From Flavobacteriales bacterium (GTDB lineage: Bacteria > Bacteroidota > Bacteroidia > Flavobacteriales > BACL11): 64,000 nt of DNA. How positions within the stretch are numbered: position 1 is the stretch's first letter; each line of letters opens with the position of its first letter. A program made the position numbers and the translations under genes. The notes below the pieces were generated by a model. It was not told the DNA's origin. It ran no database searches and saw only the letters and a program-made list of their open reading frames with translations. Shown here piece after piece: positions 18,651-28,521 of the stretch. Location of the stretch: positions 44,924 through 108,923 of the forward strand of contig JBJKXM010000004.1 of assembly GCA_045561575.1 (NCBI GenBank), written 5' to 3'.

Positions 18651-19361
18651 GTGAAAACTTACAACAAAATTTTTCTGTTAATCATTTTCTTATGTTTTAG
18701 TCTATTTTCTTATGGGCAAAGACATAAAAAACCACAAAATTTACCTAGATATGACTTCAAAAAAATTCATTTTGGATTTACTCTAGGTATAAATTCTCTT
18801 AACTTTAATTTAGCAAAAAATGATGATTTTTTAAATAATGATAGTCTTTTGACTTTGCTTGCAAGTGATCAAAAAGGATTTAATTTAGGAATTGTTTCTA
18901 ATTTTAGACTTGGAAAATATACTGATTTAAGATTTATACCAACTCTTGTTTTTGGTGAAAGAATTTTAAACTATCAATTTAACAATCAAAGCAACTTATC
19001 TTTAACTGATAAAAGGATTGAATCAACATTAATTGATTTTCCAGTATCATTAAAATATAAATCAGCTAGATATAATAATTTCCGTACATATGTAATGTGT
19101 GGAGTAAAATATAGTCTAGATATAGCCTCTCAATCGGAAATTGATGATGAAGGTCAAGAATTAGTCAAGTTAAATAACCATGATTTCATGATTGAAGGGG
19201 GCTTTGGCATAGATTTTTATTTACAGTATTTTAAATTTTCTCCACAAATCAAAATATCTCACGGTATTATTAATATTTTATCAAAAGACAAAACATTATA
19301 CACTCAAACTATTGATAATTTAAAAACAAATAGTTGGATGATTTCATTTACATTTGAATAA
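18651..19361 (+). CDS. porT: PorT/SprT-family outer-membrane beta-barrel protein (T9SS-associated)
   Basis: GTG start, signal peptide, a 236-aa beta-barrel-like sequence ending ...WMISFTFE, and the conserved position immediately after ubiE seen in Bacteroidota. Confidence 0.6.
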   Translation: MKTYNKIFLLIIFLCFSLFSYGQRHKKPQNLPRYDFKKIHFGFTLGINSLNFNLAKNDDFLNNDSLLTLLASDQKGFNLGIVSNFRLGKYTDLRFIPTLVFGERILNYQFNNQSNLSLTDKRIESTLIDFPVSLKYKSARYNNFRTYVMCGVKYSLDIASQSEIDDEGQELVKLNNHDFMIEGGFGIDFYLQYFKFSPQIKISHGIINILSKDKTLYTQTIDNLKTNSWMISFTFE

Positions 19362-19362
19362 A

Positions 19363-20103
19363 TTACTTTGTTAGTTCGTAAAGTAAAATACTTGTTGCAG
19401 TCGACACATTTAATGAATCAATATCCTCTGATTTCTTATTAATTGTAATTTTTTGTGTTACTATTTCAGAAACCTCATTTGAAATACCCTTCGATTCATT
19501 TCCAACTATCAATATCAAATTTGATTTACTTTTAATTAGTTTACAGTCAACTCCATCCAAAAAGGCTCCAAATATTTCATGTGATTTTTTACATGATTCT
19601 AAAAAAGGAACTAAATCCTCATAATAAACATTTAATTTAAACAAGGACCCCATTGTTGACTGAATTACCTTTGGGTTATAGACATCAACTGTATTTTTTG
19701 AACATATAATATTTGACACATTAAACCAATGAGAAGATCTAATTATTGTACCTAAATTACCTGGATCTTGTAAATTATCTAGCACAAGTGTTATCTTACC
19801 TAATGCATCAAGATTTATAGATAAATTTCTTTTTTTAACAACAGCTAAAACATTATTAGGTGATTTAAGACTACTTATCCTTTTTAATTCTTTTGGAGAA
19901 ACTTTATAAAATAAATCACTATCTATCTTTGAAAAATTAATGTCATACCAATCAGTAGTTGCAAAAATTTTTTCAATTAAAAAATCAGATTCAATTAGTT
20001 CATTAACTACTTTTTCTCCCTCAACAATAAACAATGAATTTTTATCTCTATATTTTTTTAACTGAAGTGATTTTATAAATTTAATTTCATTGTTTGTCAA
20101 CAT
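19363..20103 (-). CDS. TrmH/SpoU-family RNA 2'-O-methyltransferase
   Basis: DNLQDPGNLGTIIRS and GNESKGIS...I...ESLNVS.A motifs. I prefer the ATG at 20103 over the track's TTG at 20121. Confidence 0.8.
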   Translation of the reverse strand: MLTNNEIKFIKSLQLKKYRDKNSLFIVEGEKVVNELIESDFLIEKIFATTDWYDINFSKIDSDLFYKVSPKELKRISSLKSPNNVLAVVKKRNLSINLDALGKITLVLDNLQDPGNLGTIIRSSHWFNVSNIICSKNTVDVYNPKVIQSTMGSLFKLNVYYEDLVPFLESCKKSHEIFGAFLDGVDCKLIKSKSNLILIVGNESKGISNEVSEIVTQKITINKKSEDIDSLNVSTATSILLYELTK

Positions 20104-20169
20104 AAAAATAATTTTAATCAATTATAAGAAAATAATGAATAAAAAACTGTTTCATTAACAACAATATTC

Positions 20170-20177
20170 TAATTTTG
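20170..20177 (+). promoter_or_regulatory. -7 box (TAnnTTTG)
   Basis: taattttg lies 23 nt upstream of the fbaA ATG. Confidence 0.45.
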
Positions 20178-20200
20178 TTCTAAACAATAAAATATAAAAA

Positions 20201-21265
20201 ATGTCAAAATTTCCACATGGTGTTTTAACCAATGATTTAGTCCAAGAGGTGTTTGAAGATGCTAAGAAAAATCAGTATGCCTTACCTGCCGTTAATGTAA
20301 CTAATACAAGCACTGTTAATTCAGTATTAGAAGCTGCAGCTGAGGTAAATTCTCCAGTAATTATTCAATTTTCTGCTGGAGGATGTCAATTCTTTGCCGG
20401 CAAAGGACTTAGTAATGAAAATCAATTAGCTGCAATTGCAGGAGGAATCTCTGGCGCAAATCATGTTCATGAAATGGCTAAATTATATGGAGCAAGTGTT
20501 ATTCTTCATACAGATCATTGTGCTAGAAAACTTCTACCTTGGGTTGATGGTTTATTAGATGCCGGTGAAAAACATTTTAAATCTCATGGAATACCTCTTT
20601 ATAGTTCGCATATGATTGATCTATCTGACGAACCAATTAAAGATAACATAGAGACATGTAAGCAATATCTTCAAAGAATGAGTAAAATTGGCATGACTTT
20701 AGAAATTGAATTAGGAGTAACTGGTGGAGAAGAAGATGGTGTAGATAATACAAATATCGATAGTAGTAAACTGTATACTCAACCAGAAGAAGTTGCATAT
20801 GCTTACGAAGAATTAATGAAAATAAGTGCTAAATTTACAATAGCAGCTGCATTTGGAAATGTACATGGAGTTTATCGTCCTGGAAATGTAAAATTAACAC
20901 CTATAATATTGAATAACTCTCAAAAATTTGTTCAAAGTAAATTTAATACAGTAGAAAAACCAATTAATTTTGTGTTCCATGGTGGTTCGGGATCTTCTTT
21001 TGATGAAATTAGAGAGGCAATTTCTTATGGAGCTATAAAAATGAATATAGACACTGATCTTCAATGGGGATTTACAACTGGAATAAGAGATTATTTTGAT
21101 GAGTATGGAGCTTATGTTAAAACCCAAATAGGAAATCCTGATGGAGATGATGTGCCCAACAAAAAATATTATGATCCCAGAAAATGGATAAGAGAAGGTG
21201 AACTTACTTTTAAGAAAAGATTAATTAAATCTTTTGAAGACCTAAACAATATAAATAGAAACTAA
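20201..21265 (+). CDS. fbaA: class II fructose-bisphosphate aldolase
   Basis: [23 protein letters not shown] and FVFHGGSG motifs. Confidence 0.95.
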   Translation: MSKFPHGVLTNDLVQEVFEDAKKNQYALPAVNVTNTSTVNSVLEAAAEVNSPVIIQFSAGGCQFFAGKGLSNENQLAAIAGGISGANHVHEMAKLYGASVILHTDHCARKLLPWVDGLLDAGEKHFKSHGIPLYSSHMIDLSDEPIKDNIETCKQYLQRMSKIGMTLEIELGVTGGEEDGVDNTNIDSSKLYTQPEEVAYAYEELMKISAKFTIAAAFGNVHGVYRPGNVKLTPIILNNSQKFVQSKFNTVEKPINFVFHGGSGSSFDEIREAISYGAIKMNIDTDLQWGFTTGIRDYFDEYGAYVKTQIGNPDGDDVPNKKYYDPRKWIREGELTFKKRLIKSFEDLNNINRN

Positions 21266-21269
21266 AAAA

Positions 21270-22115
21270 GTGGATTGGTTTAAAAGAATTAAAGAAGGAA
21301 TAACTACAAAAACTTCTCAAAAGAAGGAAACAGCTGATGGTTTATGGGTTAAATGTCCAAAATGTAAAACAATTACATCTAAAGATGATTTAATCAATAA
21401 CTTATTTGTTTGTGAAAATTGTGATCATCATCATAGAATTGGTTCTGATGAGTATTTTAAGATTTTCTTTGACAATAATAAATTTAAAGAGTTAGATAAG
21501 AATTTACAATCTGCAGATCCATTAAAATTTGAAGACACTAAAAAATATGCAGATAGATTAACTACAATGAAAAAAAAGACTGGCCTAAATGATGCAATAA
21601 GGTGTGCTTATGGTAAAATAAATAAAGAAAATGTAGTTATTGCATCAATGGATTTTAGTTTTATTGGTGGATCAATGGGATCAGTTGTTGGCGAAAAAAT
21701 TGCTAGAGCAATTGATCATGCCAAAAAGAAAAAATATCCACTCATCATTATTTCAAAATCTGGAGGTGCAAGAATGATGGAAGCTGCAATTTCATTAATG
21801 CAGTTGGCCAAAACATCTGCTAAATTGGCTCAATTAGATGAATTAAAAATTCCATACATATCACTTTTAACTGATCCAACCTTTGGAGGTGCAACAGCTT
21901 CATTTTCAATGCTAGGTGATATGAATATTGCTGAACCAAATGCATTAATTGGTTTTGCTGGTCCAAGAGTAGTTAAAGAAACTATTGGAAAGGATCTACC
22001 TGAAGGATTTCAGACCTCTGAATTTCTTAAAGAACATGGTTTTATCGACTTGATTGTACATAGAAAAAACTTAAAAGAAAAATTAAGTCAATTATTAAGA
22101 ATGATTAAATCGTAA
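21270..22115 (+). CDS. accD: acetyl-CoA carboxylase carboxyltransferase beta subunit
   Basis: GTG start, the Zn ribbon CPKCK...CENCDHH, and [11 protein letters not shown]...SGGARMMEA. Confidence 0.95.
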   Translation: MDWFKRIKEGITTKTSQKKETADGLWVKCPKCKTITSKDDLINNLFVCENCDHHHRIGSDEYFKIFFDNNKFKELDKNLQSADPLKFEDTKKYADRLTTMKKKTGLNDAIRCAYGKINKENVVIASMDFSFIGGSMGSVVGEKIARAIDHAKKKKYPLIIISKSGGARMMEAAISLMQLAKTSAKLAQLDELKIPYISLLTDPTFGGATASFSMLGDMNIAEPNALIGFAGPRVVKETIGKDLPEGFQTSEFLKEHGFIDLIVHRKNLKEKLSQLLRMIKS

Positions 22116-22156
22116 CGATTTATAATAATAATCATGTAAAAGCAAAAAGTTTTTAC

Positions 22157-22164
22157 TAAATTTG
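22157..22164 (+). promoter_or_regulatory. -7 box (TAnnTTTG)
   Basis: taaatttg lies 32 nt upstream of the rpsO ATG. Confidence 0.45.
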
Positions 22165-22196
22165 CAGCCCAAATTGCATAATGATAAAAATAAATT

Positions 22197-22460
22197 ATGA
22201 GTAATATAAACAAACAAGAAATTTTTAAAAAACACGGAAGTAGTGAAACTGATACTGGATCTGTATACAGCCAGGTAGCATTATTTACTTCTAGAATTAA
22301 ACACCTAACTGATCATCTAAAGAACAACAAAAAAGATTTTGGTACTCAAAAATCATTGCAAGTAATGGTAGGTAAAAGAAGAAAATTACTTGATTATCTA
22401 ATGAATAAGGATATTATCAAATACAGAGAGCTTGTAAAAGATCTCGGGTTAAGAAGATAA
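22197..22460 (+). CDS. rpsO: 30S ribosomal protein S15
   Basis: DTGS...QVALFT.RI..LT.HLK..KKD and the C-terminal LGLRR in an 87-aa protein. Confidence 0.95.
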   Translation: MSNINKQEIFKKHGSSETDTGSVYSQVALFTSRIKHLTDHLKNNKKDFGTQKSLQVMVGKRRKLLDYLMNKDIIKYRELVKDLGLRR

Positions 22461-22476
22461 TATCCATCTATAAACG

Positions 22477-22501
22477 AAGGCAACTAAAATTGCCTTTTTT
22501 A
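22477..22501 (+). terminator. rho-independent terminator/attenuator between rpsO and pnp
   Basis: Stem aaggcaa (22477-83) pairs with ttgcctt (22490-96), followed by a T-run. Confidence 0.75.
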
Positions 22502-22520
22502 TTTTACACACACAAATACA

Positions 22521-24650
22521 ATGATTAAAGAAGAAAAAGAAATAATTAAACTAGATGATGGACGAGAAATCACAATATCAACTGGTAAATTAGCAAAACA
22601 AGCACACGGTTCAGTAGAAGTTAGAATGGGAAAAACCCATCTCTTGGCTACTGTAGTTTCAAATAAAGAAGCAAGAGAAGGAGTCGATTTCTTACCACTA
22701 ACAGTCGACTACAGAGAAAAATTTGCTGCTGACGGAAGGTTTCCAGGAGGATTCCTAAAAAGAGAAGCAAGACCAACTGATCAAGAAATATTAGTTATGA
22801 GATTAGTTGACAGAATACTTAGACCAATGTTCCCAAGTGATTATCATGCAGAAGTACAAATTATGATTTCACTTAACTCTCATGATGAAAACGTAAAACC
22901 TGATGCATTAGCTGCATTAGCTGCTTCATCAGCAATTGCAATATCTGACATACCATTTAATGGTCCAATTTCTGAGGTTAGAGTTGCACGAATTAACAAT
23001 AAATATGTTATCAATCCTTCATCAGAAGATCTAGAATCAGCTGATATAGATATGATGGTAGGAGCATCTGCTGACAGCGTTGCTATGGTTGAAGGAGAAA
23101 TGAATGAGGTTTCAGAAAGCGAAATGATTGAAGCTATTAAAACTGCTCATGAAGCTATTAAAATTCAATGTGCAGCTCAATTAAATCTTGCTAAGAAAAT
23201 AGCTAAATCAAGTCCAAAGAGAGAATATTGTCACGAAACTCATGATGAAGATTTAAGAAAAAATATTAAAGAAGCTACTTACGACAAAGTATATGATGTT
23301 GCAAGACAAGGACTTTCAAAAGAAGAAAGATCTGAAAAGTTCAGAGCTGTAAAAGAAGAATATATAAGCACATTAACTGAAGAAGAAGCATCTGAAAATG
23401 CAAATCTAATTGGGGTATACTATCATGATGTTGAAAAAGAAGCTGTTAGAAACCTTGTATTAAATGAAGGTGTTAGATTAGATGGAAGGAAAACAGATGA
23501 AATCAGACCAATTTGGTGTGAGATTGACTACCTATCTTCCCCACACGGATCTGCAGTTTTTACTAGAGGAGAAACACAATCATTAACTACAGTAACACTT
23601 GGCTCAAGTACTGATGTAAACAGATTAGATGGAGTTACATATCAAGGACATGAAGACTTTTATTTACATTATAACTTCCCTCCATTTTCGACAGGAGAAG
23701 CTAGGATGTTAAGAGGAACAAGTAGAAGAGAAATTGGACATGGAAATTTAGCGCAAAGAGCATTAAAGAAAATGATTCCTGCTGATAACCCATATACTGT
23801 AAGAATAGTTTCTGATATATTAGAATCAAATGGGTCATCTTCAATGGCAACTGTATGTGCTGGAACATTAGCACTGATGGATGCCGGAGTTAAAATAAGC
23901 AAACCTGTATCTGGAATAGCAATGGGACTTATTACAGATTATAACAATGCTGATAAATTTGCAGTTCTCTCTGATATTTTAGGAGACGAAGATCACCTTG
24001 GTGATATGGATTTTAAAGTAACTGGAACTAAAGATGGAATTACAGCTTGTCAAATGGATATTAAAGTTCAAGGTTTATCATATGAAATCCTTGAAAAAGC
24101 TTTAAATCAAGCAAGAGACGGTAGGTTACATATTTTAGAAAAATTAACTGATACAATCTATGAACCTAGAGTAAAATTAAAAGATCATACTCCAAAGATT
24201 ATAAAACTGGAAGTTCCAAAATCAACAATTGGTGGAATAATAGGTCCTGGTGGAAAGATTATTCAAGAAATGCAAGCAACTACTGAAACAGTAATTTCTA
24301 TTGAAGAAGTTGATGAAAAGGGAGTTGTAGAAATTCTTGGAACAAATCAAGAGAAAATTGATTTAGCAATTGAAAAGATTAGATCTATTGCCTTTATACC
24401 TGAAAAAGGAAAAACTTATAAAGGAAAGGTTAAATCAATAATGCCTTATGGTGCATTTATTGGAATATCTTCAAATACTGATGGACTTTTACATGTTTCT
24501 GAAATTTCTTGGGAGAGAGTTGAAAATGTAGAAGATGTTTTAAAAGAAGGACAAGAAATTGAAGTTAAATTAATTGATATTGATGAAAGAAGTGGAAAAC
24601 TAAAATTATCAAGGAAAGTATTACTTCCTAAACCTGAAAAGAAAAAATAA
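22521..24650 (+). CDS. pnp: polyribonucleotide nucleotidyltransferase (PNPase)
   Basis: Two RNase PH domains, then KH (GGIIGPGGK) and S1 ([13 protein letters not shown]) domains, in a 709-aa protein. Confidence 0.95.
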   Translation: MIKEEKEIIKLDDGREITISTGKLAKQAHGSVEVRMGKTHLLATVVSNKEAREGVDFLPLTVDYREKFAADGRFPGGFLKREARPTDQEILVMRLVDRILRPMFPSDYHAEVQIMISLNSHDENVKPDALAALAASSAIAISDIPFNGPISEVRVARINNKYVINPSSEDLESADIDMMVGASADSVAMVEGEMNEVSESEMIEAIKTAHEAIKIQCAAQLNLAKKIAKSSPKREYCHETHDEDLRKNIKEATYDKVYDVARQGLSKEERSEKFRAVKEEYISTLTEEEASENANLIGVYYHDVEKEAVRNLVLNEGVRLDGRKTDEIRPIWCEIDYLSSPHGSAVFTRGETQSLTTVTLGSSTDVNRLDGVTYQGHEDFYLHYNFPPFSTGEARMLRGTSRREIGHGNLAQRALKKMIPADNPYTVRIVSDILESNGSSSMATVCAGTLALMDAGVKISKPVSGIAMGLITDYNNADKFAVLSDILGDEDHLGDMDFKVTGTKDGITACQMDIKVQGLSYEILEKALNQARDGRLHILEKLTDTIYEPRVKLKDHTPKIIKLEVPKSTIGGIIGPGGKIIQEMQATTETVISIEEVDEKGVVEILGTNQEKIDLAIEKIRSIAFIPEKGKTYKGKVKSIMPYGAFIGISSNTDGLLHVSEISWERVENVEDVLKEGQEIEVKLIDIDERSGKLKLSRKVLLPKPEKKK

Positions 24651-24683
24651 TTTATTTTTAATTTTCATAATATTTAAAGGAAT

Positions 24684-25547
24684 ATGAGACAACTAAAAAT
24701 CACAAAACAAGTTACTAATAGAGAGACTGCATCTCTAGATAAATACTTACAAGAAATTGGTAGAGTTGATTTAATTACTGCTGAGGAAGAAGTAGAATTA
24801 GCTCAAAAAATTAAAGCTGGTGATGAAAAAGCTTTAGATAAAATGACAAAAGCCAATCTTAGATTTGTGGTTTCAGTTGCTAAACAATATCAAAATCAAG
24901 GTCTTACATTACCTGATTTAATTAATGAAGGAAATCTTGGGTTAATTAAAGCTGCAAAAAGATTTGATGAAACAAGAGGATTTAAATTCATTTCATATGC
25001 AGTATGGTGGATTAGACAATCTATTTTACAAGCATTAGCTGAACAATCAAGGATTGTAAGACTTCCATTAAATAAAATTGGATCAATCAATAAAATCAAT
25101 AAAGCTTATGCTGTGTTAGAACAGAAATTTGAAAGACCTCCAACTGCAGAAGAAATTGCTGAACTTGTTGATTTATCACTTACAGAAGTTAAACAATCAT
25201 TAAAAAATACAGGAAGACACGTTTCTATGGATGCTCCATTAATTGAAGGTGAAGATAGTAACCTTTATGATGTAATGGGAAGTGATGAAAGTCCTAGCCC
25301 AGATACCCAATTAATGTTAGATTCACTAAGAGAAGAAATCAGAAGAGCTTTAGATACGCTTACACCTAGAGAAGCCGATGTTGTCTCTTCTTATTTTGGT
25401 CTTAATGCAGGGCATGCAATGACACTTGAAGAAATTGGTGAAAAATTTGATTTAACAAGAGAGAGAGTTAGACAAATTAAAGAAAAAGCAGTTAGACGAT
25501 TAAAACACACTACAAGAAGCAAAATTCTAAAAACTTATTTAGGATAA
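24684..25547 (+). CDS. rpoD: primary sigma-70 factor (short Bacteroidota sigma-A)
   Basis: Regions 1.2-4 are present ([50 protein letters not shown]) in a 287-aa protein. Confidence 0.95.
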   Translation: MRQLKITKQVTNRETASLDKYLQEIGRVDLITAEEEVELAQKIKAGDEKALDKMTKANLRFVVSVAKQYQNQGLTLPDLINEGNLGLIKAAKRFDETRGFKFISYAVWWIRQSILQALAEQSRIVRLPLNKIGSINKINKAYAVLEQKFERPPTAEEIAELVDLSLTEVKQSLKNTGRHVSMDAPLIEGEDSNLYDVMGSDESPSPDTQLMLDSLREEIRRALDTLTPREADVVSSYFGLNAGHAMTLEEIGEKFDLTRERVRQIKEKAVRRLKHTTRSKILKTYLG

Positions 25548-25550
25548 AGA

Positions 25551-25578
25551 AAAGAGGACTGATGTCCTCTTTTTTTTT
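25551..25578 (+). terminator. rho-independent terminator
   Basis: aaagaggac (25551-59), loop tgat, gtcctcttt (25564-72), then a T-run. Confidence 0.85.
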
Positions 25579-25590
25579 AATTTTATAATT

Positions 25591-26241
25591 ATGAAACATT
25601 TAATCGCACCATCAATATTAGCAGCAGATTTCGGAAATCTTAAAAGAGATTGTGAAATGGTTAATAATAGTAACGCTGATTGGTTTCATATTGATGTAAT
25701 GGATGGAGTATTTGTTCCAAACATTTCGTTTGGAATGCCTGTAATTAAAAGTATTAAAGAAACTGCCAATAAAGTTCTTGATGTTCATTTAATGATTGTT
25801 GATCCAGACAGATATATTACAAAATTTAAAGAATTAGGCTCTGATATATTAACTGTTCATGTTGAGGCATGTAATCACTTAAATAGAACAATACATGCAA
25901 TTAAACAAGAAGGTATGAAAGCTGGTGTTGCGCTTAATCCTCATACTCCTGTAAATTCAATTAGTGATGTACTAAATGATTTAGATCTAGTGTGTATTAT
26001 GTCCGTAAATCCTGGATTTGGAGGACAATCTTTTATAGAAAATACATACAATAAAGTTAAACAATTAAGAGATCTAAGGAATAAAACTAATAGCAATTTT
26101 TTAATCGAAATTGATGGAGGTGTAAATCTTCAAAATGCTCCAAAATTACTGTCTAGTGGTGCTGATGTACTAGTTGCAGGAAGTTTTGTGTTCAAATCAG
26201 AAAATCCTACTCAAACTATTTCTGAATTGAAATCAATTTAA
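25591..26241 (+). CDS. rpe: ribulose-phosphate 3-epimerase
   Basis: IAPSILAADF, HIDVMDG.FVPN and MSVNPGFGGQ motifs. Confidence 0.95.
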   Translation: MKHLIAPSILAADFGNLKRDCEMVNNSNADWFHIDVMDGVFVPNISFGMPVIKSIKETANKVLDVHLMIVDPDRYITKFKELGSDILTVHVEACNHLNRTIHAIKQEGMKAGVALNPHTPVNSISDVLNDLDLVCIMSVNPGFGGQSFIENTYNKVKQLRDLRNKTNSNFLIEIDGGVNLQNAPKLLSSGADVLVAGSFVFKSENPTQTISELKSI

Positions 26242-27431
26242 GAATTTATATAATTCCTTAAATATTCAAATTCTTCAGACAAATCTCCATTCTGACAAAT
26301 TGTAGCTCCATTTACAATTTTATTATCATTGCCAATTATTGGAATTATATTTTTAATGAGATTTTCACCAAAATCCTCTGATGAATCCTTTGGCAATTCA
26401 CAAGGTAAATTATCAACAGCCATTACAGCTACAACATCATTAGACTTAAAATCATCTTCACTTTCAGTATGAGGATTATAACCATAAATTGGATTATCAA
26501 TTGTAGAGGGTTTAATTGTAGTTGCAACAGGCCCGTCAATATCACATGAAATATCTGCCACAACAGAAATATTAAAATCATCTGATTTAACATCATTTCT
26601 TGTAAATAAATAAGGTGCGCCACTTCCATAGAAATGACCTGCAAAAAATATATCAGTCACATTAGCATATTTCATAAAAGTAGATTTGTAATCAGATGAA
26701 TTATTAATAAAATCAGAAAAATCAGATTGCTTACCATCTATTCTTTCATTATAGTCTAATACATCAATATTTAAATAAACTGGGTAATCAAATGAATTGT
26801 TAATGTAATCATCAATTCCTACTTCAATTATATTTAATTTTTTAATTGTTTCTAATATTCCTGCACCTACTCTACCTTTTCCAGTAACTAAAATTTTTTC
26901 ATTTGATAAATGAACTTTATTTAACTCGGTATCCATTTCAATTCTATTTAGACACTTGTTAGCTGGTTTTAAAGAATATAAATCATTTTTTAAACCGTAT
27001 GTAAGTAAACCATTGTATGCTCCGATAATACCAGCGTATCTACCAAAACCAAGTATTCTGCTCCCATTTTCATATTTTAAAACTTCGTAATCAACCATTG
27101 TAATATTTAGTTCAATCATTTTTTTTAAAAGACCTCGATTATATTCTTGCTCTTTGATTGTATGTGAAAAAAAGAAATATGTTTTATTGGAAATTAATTT
27201 ATCCTTCGGAACCTCTTTAATTCCAAATAAGACATCACATGATTCTAAATTATCTAATACAGTTATACCTTGATCAATATATTCTTGGTCTGAAAAACAT
27301 CTTATGTTACTAGATTGAACATAAATTTGAAGATTATGGAAATTATCTTCAATTCTCTTGCATTGAGATGGTGAAAATGGCACTCTTCTATCAACGGGAA
27401 CTTTTTCTTCTCTTAAAATGCCTATTTTCAT
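26238..27431 (-). CDS. alanine dehydrogenase/PNT-family oxidoreductase (lysine-ketoglutarate reductase/saccharopine dehydrogenase-like)
   Basis: N-terminus MKIGILREEKVPVDRRVPFSP plus a Rossmann motif (VTGKGRVGAG). I prefer the ATG at 27431, because the track's TTG at 27476 would place the -7 box (27447-54) inside the ORF. Confidence 0.55.
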   Translation of the reverse strand: MKIGILREEKVPVDRRVPFSPSQCKRIEDNFHNLQIYVQSSNIRCFSDQEYIDQGITVLDNLESCDVLFGIKEVPKDKLISNKTYFFFSHTIKEQEYNRGLLKKMIELNITMVDYEVLKYENGSRILGFGRYAGIIGAYNGLLTYGLKNDLYSLKPANKCLNRIEMDTELNKVHLSNEKILVTGKGRVGAGILETIKKLNIIEVGIDDYINNSFDYPVYLNIDVLDYNERIDGKQSDFSDFINNSSDYKSTFMKYANVTDIFFAGHFYGSGAPYLFTRNDVKSDDFNISVVADISCDIDGPVATTIKPSTIDNPIYGYNPHTESEDDFKSNDVVAVMAVDNLPCELPKDSSEDFGENLIKNIIPIIGNDNKIVNGATICQNGDLSEEFEYLRNYINS

Positions 27432-27446
27432 TTTCCTATTTTTATA

Positions 27447-27454
27447 CAAAAGTA
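27447..27454 (-). promoter_or_regulatory. -7 box (TAnnTTTG on the minus strand)
   Basis: caaaagta on the plus strand reads tacttttg on the minus strand. It lies 15 nt upstream of the ATG at 27431. Confidence 0.4.
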
Positions 27455-27486
27455 AACATTGAAAGGGCGAAAGCAATTGAATTTAC

Positions 27487-27494
27487 TAATTTTG
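27487..27494 (+). promoter_or_regulatory. -7 box (TAnnTTTG) for ssrA
   Basis: taattttg lies 23 nt upstream of the mature tmRNA 5' end. Confidence 0.45.
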
Positions 27495-27517
27495 CAAAAA
27501 AAAGTTCATTATTTCAT

Positions 27518-27881
27518 GGGGCTGACTGGATTTGACTGCAAGTTGAGTTGACTAATAAGCATGTCGAGCTTTGTGTTTTGGCTCGTTAAAATTAAAATTC
27601 AATTTTTTAATTGGCGAAAATAATTACGCTTTAGCTGCCTAATTTATAAATTAGAATAGCTTTTGTCTCTTTTAAAGGAACTCCTGAATCCTTTAATCTT
27701 GAGGCATCATTAATATCAGGATAGTTTATTTAGAGCTTCGATAAATGAACGAAACTTTTGAAGATAAGGATAAGAATTGGGTGCTATTTACCAGTCTTAT
27801 TTCGAAAATTAACAGTAGATATGCATGTAGAAAATTATTTGACACCTTGTTAGGACGTGGGTTCGAAACCCACCAGCTCCA
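27518..27881 (+). ncRNA. ssrA: tmRNA (SsrA)
   Basis: The 5' end ggggctgactggatttgac pairs with the 3' acceptor ...cagctcc-a. The T-arm is gtgggttcgaaacccac. The internal tag frame ggc gaa aat aat tac gct tta gct gcc taa (27613-27642) encodes GENNYALAA*. The terminal CCA is not fully encoded. Confidence 0.95.
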
Positions 27882-27914
27882 CAAGAAATAAACCCACTCA
27901 ATTGAGTGGGTTTT
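27879..27914 (+). repeat. direct repeat copy 1 (tmRNA 3' end plus terminator)
   Basis: ccacaagaaataaacccactcaattgagtgggtttt matches 28463-28498 at 30 of 36 positions in an ungapped alignment. Confidence 0.75.
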
Positions 27915-27916
27915 TT
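27889..27916 (+). terminator. rho-independent terminator of ssrA
   Basis: aacccactc (27891-99), loop aatt, gagtgggtt (27904-12), then a T-run. Confidence 0.85.
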
Positions 27917-27930
27917 ATTAATTTTACGTA

Positions 27931-28437
27931 ATGAAAATCAACATAGTCCCATATAGTGATGAATGGCCTTTACTATTTGAAACGATAAAAAAAGAAATAA
28001 AAAAAAGTATTGTTGATAATGAAGTTATAATTGAGCATATTGGTAGTACTTCTGTTGATAAACTTGCTTCAAAACCAATTATTGATATTTTAATTGGAGT
28101 TAGTTCAAATAATCTAGATATGTATATAGAACCTATCAAAAATTTAGGATATACACACATTAAAGAATATGAAATAGAAACACCTAATAGAAGATTCTTC
28201 TTTTTTGAAAAAAACAAGAAAAGAACAGCACAAGTTCATTTAGTAAAAAAGAATAGTAGATGGTTTAAAAGACATATAGCATTTAGAAATGAATTAAGAT
28301 CAAATGAAATTATTAGAAAAAAATATCAAAGCTTAAAATATTCACTTTCAAAAAAGGAATGGAAAGATGGAAATGAATATGCTGATGCAAAAACAACATT
28401 TATTAAATCTGTTGAGAAGATGCTAAAATTTGATTAA
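27931..28437 (+). CDS. GrpB-family (UPF0157) protein
   Basis: IEHIGSTSV..LASKPIIDILIGV and HLV......W..HIAFR..LR motifs in a 168-aa protein. Confidence 0.75.
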   Translation: MKINIVPYSDEWPLLFETIKKEIKKSIVDNEVIIEHIGSTSVDKLASKPIIDILIGVSSNNLDMYIEPIKNLGYTHIKEYEIETPNRRFFFFEKNKKRTAQVHLVKKNSRWFKRHIAFRNELRSNEIIRKKYQSLKYSLSKKEWKDGNEYADAKTTFIKSVEKMLKFD

Positions 28438-28462
28438 AAAGTTCGAACTTAGGACCGAGAGG

Positions 28463-28498
28463 CCACAAAAAAGAAACCCACTCTTATGGGTGGGTTTT
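28463..28498 (+). repeat. direct repeat copy 2 (degenerate copy of the tmRNA 3' end plus terminator)
   Basis: ccacaaaaaagaaacccactcttatgggtgggtttt. It is preceded at 28441-47 by gttcgaa, the tmRNA T-loop heptamer. Confidence 0.7.
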
Positions 28499-28499
28499 A
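28474..28499. terminator. bidirectional terminator (GrpB gene / typA)
   Basis: Stem aaacccac pairs with gtgggttt. It is flanked by an A-run on the left and a T-run on the right, between convergent genes. Confidence 0.7.
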
Positions 28500-28521
28500 A
28501 TTACTTACAATCTGTTTTAAA

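Noticed and set aside
28441-28466. The gttcgaa-containing segment considered as a possible tRNA gene
   Set aside because: No acceptor, D-arm or anticodon-arm complementarity can be drawn around it. It is better explained as part of a degenerate duplicate of the tmRNA 3' end.
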